A DNA stretch of 64,000 bases from Anthoceros angustus (taxonomy: Eukaryota > Plantae > Anthocerotophyta): contig VJWM01000025.1 of assembly GCA_010909165.1 (NCBI GenBank), positions 992,001 to 1,056,000 on the forward strand, in the 5' to 3' direction. Each line of letters opens with the position of its first letter. Positions within the stretch are counted from its first letter, which is position 1. The notes beneath the pieces are model-generated. The model did not search any database, had not been told where the DNA came from, and worked only from the letters and a program-made list of their open reading frames with translations. A program made the translations under genes and the position numbers. This document shows positions 47,203 to 58,729 of this stretch, one piece after another.

Positions 47203-50200
47203 TCATCCCGCAGACTGGGCCTTCAGCTTCTCCAATTGATCCAATGCGGTCTTATCACCCGCAGCAACCTCCGCGAGGAAGGCAAATCGGGATGCTGGGT
47301 CTTCCACTTGGTACAAAATGAGTTGCAGAAGTAGGCCCTTCAGAGTTTAACACATCCAGGATGTTAGCTTGTGTCCCACGACTCATCATACGAATGATCC
47401 TCTGAGGACGATCAACACGTTCATGCAAATTGACAGATTTAGAACAAAAGGAACCGCGATCAAAACAAACCTGCTGTGAGGGCTTCCGAGAAACACTGTG
47501 TAACAACGATTTCGCGAACTTAATATTGGACAGGGCATCCTTTCCCACTGGGTCTCCAAACACAAACAGTGCAATATGATGCAACACCAGGAAAAAACTC
47601 ATGGAGCCAAGTGCAGCTGCTTTCTCCAGTTTCCCAAGAGTCCATGCTGACACATACGCATCCAGTATCTTCTCGTTTCTCTGCACCAATCCAACGCAAC
47701 CTCCAAGATTATAAAAAGACCCCCCCCAGCTGTCACTGATGTTTCCTGAAAGATATCAGCAATCAAACACAGTCATTGAGGTCATGGGAGTCCTATGCAC
47801 ATACCTCTGGAGGATGGAGATATCCTGCTTGATTGCCACAGCACAGGTTAAGAGGAGGAAGAAGATGCAAAACTTGAGATTCCGCCAAGTGTTGCCAAAT
47901 TGCAAGTCTAATTGGATCTGGAACATCCCGCCGCAAGTGAAACGCTACCTGGCGTGCAAACACAAGAGCTCCGTAGGACTCAGCTGAAAAGTTGTCAGCC
48001 AGTGTTTCAGCAAACTGTGTGTAGTTACTATCTACAGCATATAGATCCAGAGGCTCTCGAGATGCTGAAACTTCTGGCAACCCGTCAACATGACCACCCT
48101 TGACTTCTTTGAATAGAGACGATCCATCAAGCTGTAAAGCATACATCTCCTGCAGTGTGTAGATCAGACCCTGAGCAGATTGTTGGAAGAATGTGTCACC
48201 TCCCAGCACAAACACGGTGGACAGTGCATGGACCTTTCTAGCCATACTAATGGGAGAGGATCCAGAGTCAGCAGATCTTAGCGCACTATCTGACATGACT
48301 TCCACTGCCAGAAGAAAAAATAGACCAGAGCCAATAACCTCCTCCGACTGGTGAGCCTTTCGAGCACCGATGCCATCATCTACTTCCTGGCCAGTAGTCC
48401 AAGAATTTCGCCCTTCGTGTTGCTTTGCCACATTCGTAGCAAGGGGGCTCGGAAACCAGTCCACTGGGAGTGGCAATCTCTGTCCAGCCCATTCCCTCCC
48501 CACGCTACTTACAATTTCATCTTTAACCTTGGTATTGTCCTCGTCTATCCTGGCCAACTTGTGAAGTGCTCCGTTCTTCTGGTCTTCTTTAGGAGTCTTG
48601 TTGTCCTTTCTCCGTTTTTGCGACAGCCAGGTCTGTGTAAAATGCTGCAGAAGAGCGTTCCTGATCCTTTCGACATCCAATTGTGACATGTAGTCTACTT
48701 GACCTATATTGTCCTGCAAGTCCTTCAATTCGGCACAAACCTTCAAGGCTGATTGCACACCCTTTGACAATGATGTCAGGGCTTCTTTATCCAGCAAGAC
48801 AGAAGAAAGCACTTTCTGCAAAAAATCACCCTCACCGGGCCCAGCGGTCATGGCGACGCCCAAGCCCACCTGAAATTTCCAGGAGAGATCAGCAGAAGGC
48901 ACGCATGCAGTTCCCACCGAGGATATATCCTGTTGGACAGCAAGTGCTTTTTCTTCATCATGAGAGATGCCCAATCTTGGTGTCGTCTCAAGAAGGTCCA
49001 ATGCCAAGACGGCAGTTATCTTGGCTAATAAGAACCGTTTTGACCAAGTTCCTCCACCAAGCGATCCCCATCCCAATCCAATGCCAGGAGCTGGCCCTCC
49101 TCGGCCATGGAACTCACTTGAACTTAAAAACTTCTGATTCAAGATGACCTCCTTTCCACAGCAATCCAGCAGGTACCTCAATTCCTGTTCACCACTTGCG
49201 ACAAGTCCGCGAGACAGTATCTCATGCGCTCTGGTCTGAGATCCTGAATCAGGCTGTGGTGAGGATGCTTGTGGTCTTGCCTCTCTTATGAGGTGATCAA
49301 CCACAGTTACCAGGCGAACTATACCATGCAGACAGCTAGTCGCGATTATCGAAGTGTCACAATCAGATGCCAATCTTAGTTTGTACAGATATCCTGCAAG
49401 AGAGCATCCATTATTCTCAGCAGCCCCTGGAGTAAAGTTGAGAAGTTTGCTGTTCACAATTGACAGCCCGAGCTGTGGCACAAACGTTGGAAGCCATGGA
49501 GCACACGAATTCTGTTGACTTGCACGAGTCCAAAGCTGACCCATGTCACTCAGTGGCAGTATTCGTCCACAGACTGTTGAAAGAAAATGAAGCACAGCAG
49601 CCAGTGCACCCAATAGGTTTTTATTGCTCTCACCAGTGGGGACATCCTCAGAACCTATCTTGTCCGCTTGGACCTCCTGTTTGTCCCATAGCGTAACAAG
49701 GGTTGCTAGGTGGTCAGATGATAACCAATCAAGAGCTGTCTTAACCAATGGCACTGCAACTGCCCATGACCAGTTCGTATGAATGGAAATCTCATCACTT
49801 GATGCTGTCCCTCCCCCATTCGGATGTATAAGAGGCAGAGTCCTTGCTATCTTCTCCAGCAAACTGAATGATTCACGAGTCAGGCAGAAAGCCACAGAGT
49901 TTCCCTTACTGTTATACTCCTGTTCTGAAAAGGGGGCCAGCCAAAAGCAAAGGGCTGGGTAGAAATCTGAAAACAAAGAGATCCCAATCTGATGGGAAAT
50001 ACAAACCCTCCACAGCCGCAGAGCCTCTATTAAGGTGGGACCTAGGCCACGGAGGTATTCTTGGCCGACTCTTGAACGAGTTGGCAGAAGATAGGCCTGC
50101 TGAAACAATTCACTTTGTGCCACCTGCAGGGCGCCTGACTCAGCAAATCTGACACAGTTTGACCGGCTCGCCTGGCTGAGGACCTGCCAAGGTCACCCAG

Positions 50201-52732
50201 ATCACATTAGGAGACAAGAAATAGAAACTCAATGAGAGACATGTCCACATCGGACATGCAAGCTGCTCGTAAAACAACCCCAAGGATGGCAACGCCAGCC
50301 ACACCTTCAGTAGCTGGATAGCCTTTGTCCGAGCAGGCCGGATACCAAGCACCATATTCTCATCACTTGCCAGGAACTGTTGTATGATTGTATCCATCAA
50401 CCTTGGACACTTCATCACTGCTTCTGCACCTGCAGGTGAATGACGGGCTAGCGCTATAACAACATCCATTAAGAATTCTTCCGCTGCCACATTTTTCTCC
50501 ACCTGAATTGGGAGCATTTAAATCATTATCTGCAACTACTGAGGAAAAGTATTCACAAACATAGCAACAATTTACAGCAACAGAATAGACGGTGCGTCAC
50601 ATCTACATATGCAGAAGCAGTTGAATGACTCTTTACGATGCAGTACCTCCAAAATATAGCGAATTCTAGGTAAGATGCCCATCCTGATGAGGGCAGCAGC
50701 TACATCCTTCTCGGCAATTGTTTCGTCATCTCCCACTGTGTCTTGCCCATCTTCAGGCTTTGCCTCATTGTTTGTAGCAACAAACATCTCACTAGGCTTC
50801 ACATTGTACTTCCATCGGCCACCACCAATGAAACCCTCATCTTGCTTTGTTTGCCTTCGGAAGACAGGAGCGGTATACAAAGGTCTTTCACCAAGCCAAG
50901 AAGTCTACAAATCACCACCATAAAAAAATAAGACGCACCACATGCAGATGCTGCACAGCATGTAGGCAGAGAGAGAATCAAACTACCACAACTCTTGGAA
51001 GAAGAAAAGATGACTACCTCGTGTAGTTCAAAAAATCTCTCATTCGCCGAACAACTCAGTAAGGCCTGTAGGGCTCTAGCACAGGCAGACACAGTAGTGG
51101 CATACTTGTCATCCAGAAGGGATCTCAGAGTGAGGGCAAGTCTTGGCTCAGGCCCTACAGCGTACGTCCACACAGCCTGCCAATCAACCGGGCCACTGCT
51201 ATCGGGAACCTCTGCTTGTTGCAACCCAGATAAAGCTTTGCTGAGTAGAGAAGCAAGAAGGCGAAGGGCCATAGTTCTCTGACCAGGAACCTGCACAACC
51301 GAAGTAATTACAATCAGTGTGACAAGCTAAAGAAGGAGGTATGCGGGGTTTGGCTCTTGCCTCCTTAACAAAGGAACAACAAAGAGTGGAAAAATTGTGC
51401 TAACCGTGCTGCGAGCTAATGCAGCAGCTTCCAAAATGGTATAGCCAAACGCAGCAGGATCACCCTCAGTTCTCAGGAGATCACGTTCTGCCACCGTCTG
51501 CGCATCTCCCTTCAGCTCACGTATCCGATCTGTGAGAACAAACTCACAACATCAGGACCGGATGGCCAACTCATCTCCCAAACTATACATATAGCAGGGA
51601 GACAGAAAGACCAAGCTGAGACAAGCGATGATTACCAGGATCTGCGGGGTCCACATCCCCTACAGCAACCACCCGCCCATCCAGATCAAATTTCAGCAGC
51701 CTTACAGCATTAACTCTCGCAGACCACGAGTTCCACAACGAAGCAACATCGACAGTTCCGGAACTCCCTGAGTCCACAGACTTGGCACCAGCTTTAGACA
51801 CATCAGCATGCAGTATTCCTGGTGCACCACCTCCCACAAGCCCAGCTTCCAACGATTGGGGACTCCTCTGCTCACTCCCACCAGATTTCCGCCCCCCTCG
51901 TAACATCCTCTCCTTCACTTCACCTCGTTTTCTCAGCATTTCCAGGATCTCAGGCCGGATCCTCTCCTTCAGCGCCACCCGAGCATCCTCCAATTCGGCA
52001 GCGGACATAGAGAGCACAGCCGTTCTATTCTCACGATCAATGGACTCCACGCTGGACGCAACAGGCACCCTTTCTAAGCCCCGATTCCGCTCCACCCCAT
52101 CTTTCTCGCCCGTAGCGTGAGCCTTGACCACACCAGGAGCATGCACACTCTCCGCTGCAGGCTTCCCCACGCCATGCCCTGCTCTCTTCACGGCCCCAGC
52201 CCCTCCGTCCCCCCCACGAGTGCCTCTGGATCTCCCGAAAAGCGAGCTCGGCTTCTTCCGCAGCAGGGGCTGGGCGTAGCTCGCATGCTCATCTACGCCC
52301 ACTTCCTCCACATCCCTCCCCGCCTCAGGGAGGAGGTAAACCTCCTTCACGGCAGGATGCCAGTGCTGGAAACAAAAGCAACGCCAACCCGTATGAGCAA
52401 TAAATGCAGGTGCCCAGTGCTGCTGGAAACAAAAGCAACGCCAACCGTGCAAGCTCAAGAGCATAAACACCAGCATGCAATAGACGCAGCAAACATAAAA
52501 CATGCAGTGTCTAAGCCAATACCGGCCCCTCAGACCGGTGCCTGGCCACGGGGAAAGGATTCACTCTCGGCCCGGGAGCTGCAGCTGGAGCAGGCGCACA
52601 CGCCTTCACAAACCCCTTCTCCTGAATCTTCCCCAACACCTCCAGCGGGACATACTTGCTCTCTGAAACAGCTTCGGCTCCACCCCTTCCTACCGGCCCC
52701 TCACTCAGCTCTTCGGCATTTCCGCTGGACAT
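47203..52732 (-). CDS. IYO: Transcriptional elongation regulator MINIYO (RPAP1 homolog), multi-exon
   Basis: PFPVARHRSEGP, RPAP1_N ESIDRENRTAVLSMSAAELEDAR..ILEMLRKRG, RPAP1_C ERDLLRTEGDPAAFGYTILEAAALAR, MGILPRIRYILE, RLPLPVDWFPSP, C-terminal GLLLQLILY..RFAFL..LEKLKAQSAG stop at 47203. Confidence 0.92.
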
Positions 52733-54673
52733 GATGCTTGCATTCCCACCCCGTCCCTTCGCAATGAGCTCAATTCCAACACCAGCAACAGCTCCCTGGA
52801 GCTTGCGCGCTGCGTATCAAAATACGCATTGCAAAAATGACCTCCCACAATTCGTCCACAGAGCTCTTCGCAGACAAAGGCCCCCGGGCTCCTGCTGCCC
52901 CTGCCGGGACTCACATGCTTATATACAGGGCATTGCACTGCCCACCTCGGCAAACACAGACCCAGGAGCGGAGATATCACATGCGTAAAGCGGGTGTAAT
53001 TGGAAAACAAATGTGAAAGCAAATCACGCTCGACGGACCGCACTCGACTCGACTCGACTGGACACCGGACCCGACTCAAACTGGACATAAGCAAAGCAAG
53101 AATCGTGGATCGAGGAAGGGAGCTCTCGAGCCACCATCGCAAAGCGAGAAACAAGATGACGAACACGGCACGTGGGGCCACGGTCCGGTGGCTAGTCTCA
53201 ACACACAAGAAAAATTAGCCACAGGCACACGTGGCAGAGTTAGGGTTCACCGCCCCACCTGGGCTTCGTGATAGGTACAGGGTGGCGGTCTGAAAGTGGG
53301 TTGGAAAAATATCGTACTTTCATTCCCGGAGTTGTGCTGGAGGCAGCAACCTATGGGGGGCCGCCATGTCGCCAAAACACTGGTGCATGATAGAGGCAAG
53401 GCGAGGAATGCACGGAGCACGGACTGGCGGTTCGAGACGCGATCGAGACGTGATGACACTCGGCCGGACCGGTCTGGTTGTGGTGACGACTCTGCGTTTC
53501 CGTCGCCAAGCTTTCTGCACGGCAACGGCAGGAGTGAGTCTGTTTTGAGACGAGGGCACGTTTCAATCCGCATTGTGCAAGGACTGCAACATCAACCTTT
53601 GTTTGGTACGAATGCAACATAACATCCTTGCTTTGAGTTAGTAGCTTGGAAGATGAGAACAACAATCCTTGTTTCAAGCTTTGTTTGGACCAAATAGCTA
53701 GATGCACAGCTAGCTGAGGCATGCTACACTTGTCTGTTTTGTTGGCAAACAAATCAACAACGTAACCAGCGTGCATGCATTTTTTTTTTTGCAGTTTAGT
53801 ATGTTAGCATTCGGGCATGGATTCTGGAAGCTGTCGTTCTTTAAAGCTCCTTAGGAAAGTAGGAGAGAGAGGAAGGATGTCTTGCGGTTGGGTAGCCAAA
53901 TCCCGAGGGAACCAGCAGGAGGAAGGTCGTTGCATACGACGACAGGTGTACTCACATGCCTTGCTGTTGTCGACCCGGCTCCCCATTTACTACACACATA
54001 TGTATGTACATATTCGCAAACATTATGTTATCACCCCAGGTAGGTATGTACGGGATGCAAGGTGGAGGGACCGCCACATCCCGCAGGCGGCAAAGACTCT
54101 CTTGAGGGTTCTGGAATGCGGTTTTCTCTCTGGCCACTCAGCCACTGTTGCTCTCACAATGATGCGTGGCGGAAACGCAGTGTTAGCCTGTAACCTACCA
54201 TCGCTGCTGGTGTGGACGCCCATGTCCTCGACCTCCACTTCTGCGTGCTGGTCCCCACTGTGAACCGGGGACGGAACTCTGTGGAAGCAACGCGTGGATG
54301 GATTCCTGTTCCACGATCTGTGCCTGACTCGGGAATCAAACACGGCAACCCTGGGGCCTTTTGTCTGCTTCAAGCACACTGCCTTCCTGGGATATGTCCA
54401 GCATAGACATGCATTTCTGCCGACCCAATCACGGCAGTGAGGATGGAACACTGTCCACGACAGTCCAGCCCACCTACTGCTTCTCATCAGTTTCACTTCA
54501 CGAGATGGCTTCGGTTCCCGAATCCCTCGGCTTCCTCGGGAAGCATCGAAGATAGAACCAGGACACCACCACATGAAATGAAAGGCACATGAGATGGCAA
54601 ACAAACGTGTTATGAACCTGCAACTACTGTATCCCGGACTGGACTGCGGGAGCCGTCTCTCGTCTCTCGTTCT

Positions 54674-57600
54674 ATGCCAGCCACGTTCCCTCGGCGGACC
54701 GGGTCACGCATGCCCGTCTCTTTGGCAAGGTCCTTTTCCTCCATAGCTCCGTCCTTGAGGTCCTTGTCACCGGTGAACGCTTTGTGCCAGCCCACACACT
54801 GTGAGGGTATTGAACTGTACCGGCACCTGAGACAGACGGCGGTGAAGCCGACCAACCGTGTGTTGGTGGCAGTCCTGAAGGCATGTGGGGGTGCAGCGGA
54901 TTTGGCGGCAGGGAAGCAAGTCCATGCCGACCTTCTGGGAAGGTTCGTGAAGCCCAGTTTGTTTGTTGGGAATGGGCTTGTGGAGATGTATGCCAAGTGC
55001 GGGAGCTTGGAGGATGCCCGCAGAGTGTTTGACACATTGCCGTCGAGGAATGTGGTGACGTGGAATTTCATGATCGCAGGATATGCCAAGCATGGGCTGG
55101 GTCGAGAGGCTCTTTCTCTTTATGGGAGGATGGAACATGAGGGCATCACTCATGCCAACGATGTTACGTTTGTCAGCCTCCTCAGAGCGTGTGCCAGCAT
55201 CGGAGCTTTGTGTGAGGGCAAGAAGCTTCACCTTCAGATTCAGGAAAGAAAACTTGAAGCCAATGTGATTGTGGGCAACTGCTTGGTGGATATGTACGCC
55301 AAATGTGGGAGCATAGAGGACGCTCGCAGGCTGTTTGACAGATTGCCCACAAAAGATGTGGTCACGTGGAACGCTATGCTGGCAGGGTATGCTCGGTACG
55401 GGCTTGGTCACGAAGCGCTCACTCTTTTTGGGAGTATGCAACGGCATGGCATCGTTGTTGCTGATAAGGTTACGTTTGTGAGCCTCCTGAAAGCGTGTGC
55501 CAGTGTGGCAGCTTTGAGTGAAGGGAAGGACCTGCATTTCCAGATTCGAGAACGAGGACTTGAGGCTGACGTGGTTGTGGGTAGCAGCCTGGTGGACATG
55601 TATGCAAAGTGCAGCAGCTTGGGAGAAGCCCGAAAGGTGTTTGACAGTTTGCACACAAAGAATTTGGTGACTTGGAATGCCATGCTTGCAGGGTATGCTC
55701 AGCATGGGCTCGCTGAAGAAGCGCTTGCTCTGTATGCAAGCATGCAACAGGAGGAGGATACAGGCGCAGCAGCAGATCATGTTACATTTGTGTGCCTCTT
55801 GAAAGCATGTGCAAGTGTTCGGGCCCTCCATGAGGGCAAGCAGCTTCATCTGCAAATTCAAGAACGGGGGCTTGAATCAGATCTAGTTGTGGGTAGCAGC
55901 CTTCTGGACATGTATACAAAGTGTGGGAGCCTGGAGGATGCCCGCAGAGTGTTTGACCGACTGCCGGCAAAGAGTGTGGTGACGTGGAATGCCATGATTG
56001 CAGGCTATGCCCATCATGGCCTCGTTCGAGAAGGTTTCATTCTGTACAAACAGATGCAAGAGGAAGGCATTTATTCAGCTGACAATGGTCCGCTTGTGAG
56101 CCTCCTGAAAGCATGTTCGAGGAATGGAGGGCTGGGTGACGCCAGACACCTGCACATTTACGTACAGGAAAAAGGGCTGGATGTTGATGTTGTTGTTGGC
56201 AGCAGTTTGGTGGACATGTATGCAAAGTGTGGCAGCGTAGAGGATGCACGCAAAGTCTTTGACCAAATGGCATGGAGAGATGTGGTGACATGGACTGTCA
56301 TGATTGCAGCATATGCTCAGCACGGGCTCGGTGAAGAAGCCCTTAACCTCTATACTCGCATGCAGCTAGAAGGCGTCAGTCTGGCTGATAATGTAACGTT
56401 TGTGTGCCTCCTGAAAGCATGTGCCAGCATTGGCCCTTCAGCCTTGCATCAGGGGCAACAGTTACATTTGCAGATTCAGAAGAAGGGGTTTGAAGCATAC
56501 GCAGCTGTGGGCAGCTCTTTGGTGGACATGTATGCGAAATGTGGCAGTTTACGTGATGCTCGTAGAGTGTTTGATGGATTGCTGGGAAAAGATGTGGTGA
56601 CATGGAATGCCATGATTGCAGGATATGTGAAGTATGGCATCGGCCAAGAAGCCCTTGCTCTGTATGCAAATATGCAGCAGGAGGGCATTGATCTGGCTGA
56701 CAATGTTTCATTTGTGTTGCTCCTGAAGGCATGTGCCAGTCTTGGTGCTGTAGGGTTATGCAAGGGCAAGGAGCTTCATTCCCAGATTCAGGAAAGGGGA
56801 CTGGAAGCTGATGTTGTTATTGACAGTGGCCTGGTGGACATGTATGCAAAGTGTGGCAGCGTGCAAGAAGCCCGCTCCATCTTTGATAAAGTTCTTGCAA
56901 GAGATGCAATGACATGGAATACCATGCTTGCGGGCTATGCTCAGCATGGACTTGTTAACGATGCCATTGCGCTGTACACAGATATGCCACAGGACTGTGT
57001 TGGGCCATCAACGTTCGTGTGCCTCCTGAAAGCTTGTGCCAGCACAGGAGCCATTCATCAGGGAAAGCAGCTCCATTTGCAGCTCCAAGGTAGAGGACTG
57101 GATGATGACCTAGTAGCTGGTACTGCCTTGGTGGACATGTATGCAAAATGTGGAGCTTTGGATCATGCTCGCAGAGTGTTTGACAAACTACCATCAAAGA
57201 GTGTGGCGATGTGGAATGCCATGATTTCAGGCTGCGTCCAGCATGGGCTTGGTCAAGAGGCCCTCCTTCTCTTCACAAGAATGCAACAGGAAGGCATTTG
57301 TCCGGCTGATAGTGCTACATTTTCTCAGCTTCTTAACGTATGTGCTAGCCTTGGAGCCCTGAGCAAGGGCAGGGAGGTTCACTGCACAATTCAAGAACGA
57401 GGACTCGAGAGCGATGCGATTATTGGCAGCAGCTTGGTGGATATGTATGCAAAATGTGGCGCCTTGGATGAAGCTCGCTCTGTTTTTGACAGACTGCCAA
57501 CTAAGGATCTTGTAACCTGGACGGCCATGATCTCAGGATACGATAAGCAAGACCTTGGTCAAGAGGCTCTTAGTCTTTTCACCCGTATGCATCTGGATGG

Positions 57601-58729
57601 TATCCACCCAACCGACCATGTGGCATTCATCTGCCTCCTGAGAGCATGTGCCAGCACTGGAGCTCTGCATCAGGGGAGGCAGCTTCATTCTCTGATTCAG
57701 GACAGAGGACTGGAAGCCAACATTTTGGTCGGCAGCAGCCTTGTCGACATGTATGCGAAATGTGGAAGGATGGAGGATGCCCGGAAAGTGTTCGACAGAC
57801 TACCGACGAGAGATGTGGTGACATGGACTGCTATGCTGAATGGTTATGGCCAGCAAAATAACGTGGAAGCTGCAATCCAGTGTTTTAAAGCAATGCAACA
57901 CCATGGAGTGGAGCCCAATGGTGCCACTTTCCTGTGCCTTCTTGTGGCTTGCAGCCACGCGGGTCTCGTAACAGAGGGTCAGCAGTATTTCAAGATAATG
58001 AAAGAGCTTTATGGCATCACACCGACTGTTCATCACTATAACTCCATGGTTGATCTTCTTGGCCGATCAGGGAACCTTGACGATGCAGAAAACATGCTGG
58101 AGAGTATCCCTGTCAAGGATAACGATGTTGGGTGGACATCTTTGCTTAGTGCTTGCAAAAGCCATGGTGATGTAGAGCGAGGAGAGAGATGTTTCAACCG
58201 GCTTGTGGAAATGGGACCAGGAAACGCACCTGCTTATGCACTCTTGGCTAGCATCTACTCCCATGCTGGGATGTTGAGTGATGTAGAAAGGATAGAAAGC
58301 CTGAGAAAAAGTGCAGGAGCTTACAAGATGCCTGCAAGGGCTTGCATTGAGATCAACCGCGCAGTGCACAGGTTTGTTGTCGGGGGTGATAGAGACGACA
58401 CTTCCTCAAAGCTCAAGAGTGTGAACTTAAGGTTGAAGGAGGTAGAGGGCCTTGCACCTCAAACACAGCTGCTCGCCAAGCCAGAGTCTGACACAAGGAA
58501 CGAGGACACCTTATGTGGCCATGCTGAGAAACTAGCTCTGGCCTATGGACTCCTCAACACTCCAAAAGGTACCACCTTGCTAGTGACAAAGAACCTTCGA
58601 ATGTGCAATGACTGTCACAGCGGCACCAAGATAATGTCCAAGCTCGAAAAGCGAGAGATCGTTGTAAGAGATGCCCACCGGGTGCACCATTTTGTAGATG
58701 GCTTCTGTTCTTGTGGTGATCGTCACTGA
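54674..58729 (+). CDS. Intronless PLS-class PPR protein, 1351 aa, ten DMYxKC-bearing repeat units plus E domains and a DYW:KP (DRH-type) deaminase domain
   Basis: Ten (D/E)MY(A/T)KC repeats at ~104-aa spacing; C-terminus KMPARACIEI..VHRFVVG..CGHAEKLALAYGLL..KNLRMCNDCH..RDAHRVHHF..CSCGDRH; N-terminus resembles an organellar presequence (ARSFSS). Confidence 0.97.
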   Translation: MPATFPRRTGSRMPVSLARSFSSIAPSLRSLSPVNALCQPTHCEGIELYRHLRQTAVKPTNRVLVAVLKACGGAADLAAGKQVHADLLGRFVKPSLFVGNGLVEMYAKCGSLEDARRVFDTLPSRNVVTWNFMIAGYAKHGLGREALSLYGRMEHEGITHANDVTFVSLLRACASIGALCEGKKLHLQIQERKLEANVIVGNCLVDMYAKCGSIEDARRLFDRLPTKDVVTWNAMLAGYARYGLGHEALTLFGSMQRHGIVVADKVTFVSLLKACASVAALSEGKDLHFQIRERGLEADVVVGSSLVDMYAKCSSLGEARKVFDSLHTKNLVTWNAMLAGYAQHGLAEEALALYASMQQEEDTGAAADHVTFVCLLKACASVRALHEGKQLHLQIQERGLESDLVVGSSLLDMYTKCGSLEDARRVFDRLPAKSVVTWNAMIAGYAHHGLVREGFILYKQMQEEGIYSADNGPLVSLLKACSRNGGLGDARHLHIYVQEKGLDVDVVVGSSLVDMYAKCGSVEDARKVFDQMAWRDVVTWTVMIAAYAQHGLGEEALNLYTRMQLEGVSLADNVTFVCLLKACASIGPSALHQGQQLHLQIQKKGFEAYAAVGSSLVDMYAKCGSLRDARRVFDGLLGKDVVTWNAMIAGYVKYGIGQEALALYANMQQEGIDLADNVSFVLLLKACASLGAVGLCKGKELHSQIQERGLEADVVIDSGLVDMYAKCGSVQEARSIFDKVLARDAMTWNTMLAGYAQHGLVNDAIALYTDMPQDCVGPSTFVCLLKACASTGAIHQGKQLHLQLQGRGLDDDLVAGTALVDMYAKCGALDHARRVFDKLPSKSVAMWNAMISGCVQHGLGQEALLLFTRMQQEGICPADSATFSQLLNVCASLGALSKGREVHCTIQERGLESDAIIGSSLVDMYAKCGALDEARSVFDRLPTKDLVTWTAMISGYDKQDLGQEALSLFTRMHLDGIHPTDHVAFICLLRACASTGALHQGRQLHSLIQDRGLEANILVGSSLVDMYAKCGRMEDARKVFDRLPTRDVVTWTAMLNGYGQQNNVEAAIQCFKAMQHHGVEPNGATFLCLLVACSHAGLVTEGQQYFKIMKELYGITPTVHHYNSMVDLLGRSGNLDDAENMLESIPVKDNDVGWTSLLSACKSHGDVERGERCFNRLVEMGPGNAPAYALLASIYSHAGMLSDVERIESLRKSAGAYKMPARACIEINRAVHRFVVGGDRDDTSSKLKSVNLRLKEVEGLAPQTQLLAKPESDTRNEDTLCGHAEKLALAYGLLNTPKGTTLLVTKNLRMCNDCHSGTKIMSKLEKREIVVRDAHRVHHFVDGFCSCGDRH

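Noticed and set aside
8340-52732. Functional cluster of Pol II/chromatin genes (Elongin A, ING1, MINIYO)
   Set aside because: They are widely spaced among unrelated housekeeping genes; compatible with chance in a gene-dense genome.
53200-54600. ORFs between MINIYO and the PPR gene
   Set aside because: No recognisable family or consistent splice model.
54767-55861. 364-aa antisense ORF within the PPR gene (also 39755-40930, 3304-4077 and others)
   Set aside because: Shadow ORFs of GC-rich or repetitive coding strands; no recognisable motifs.
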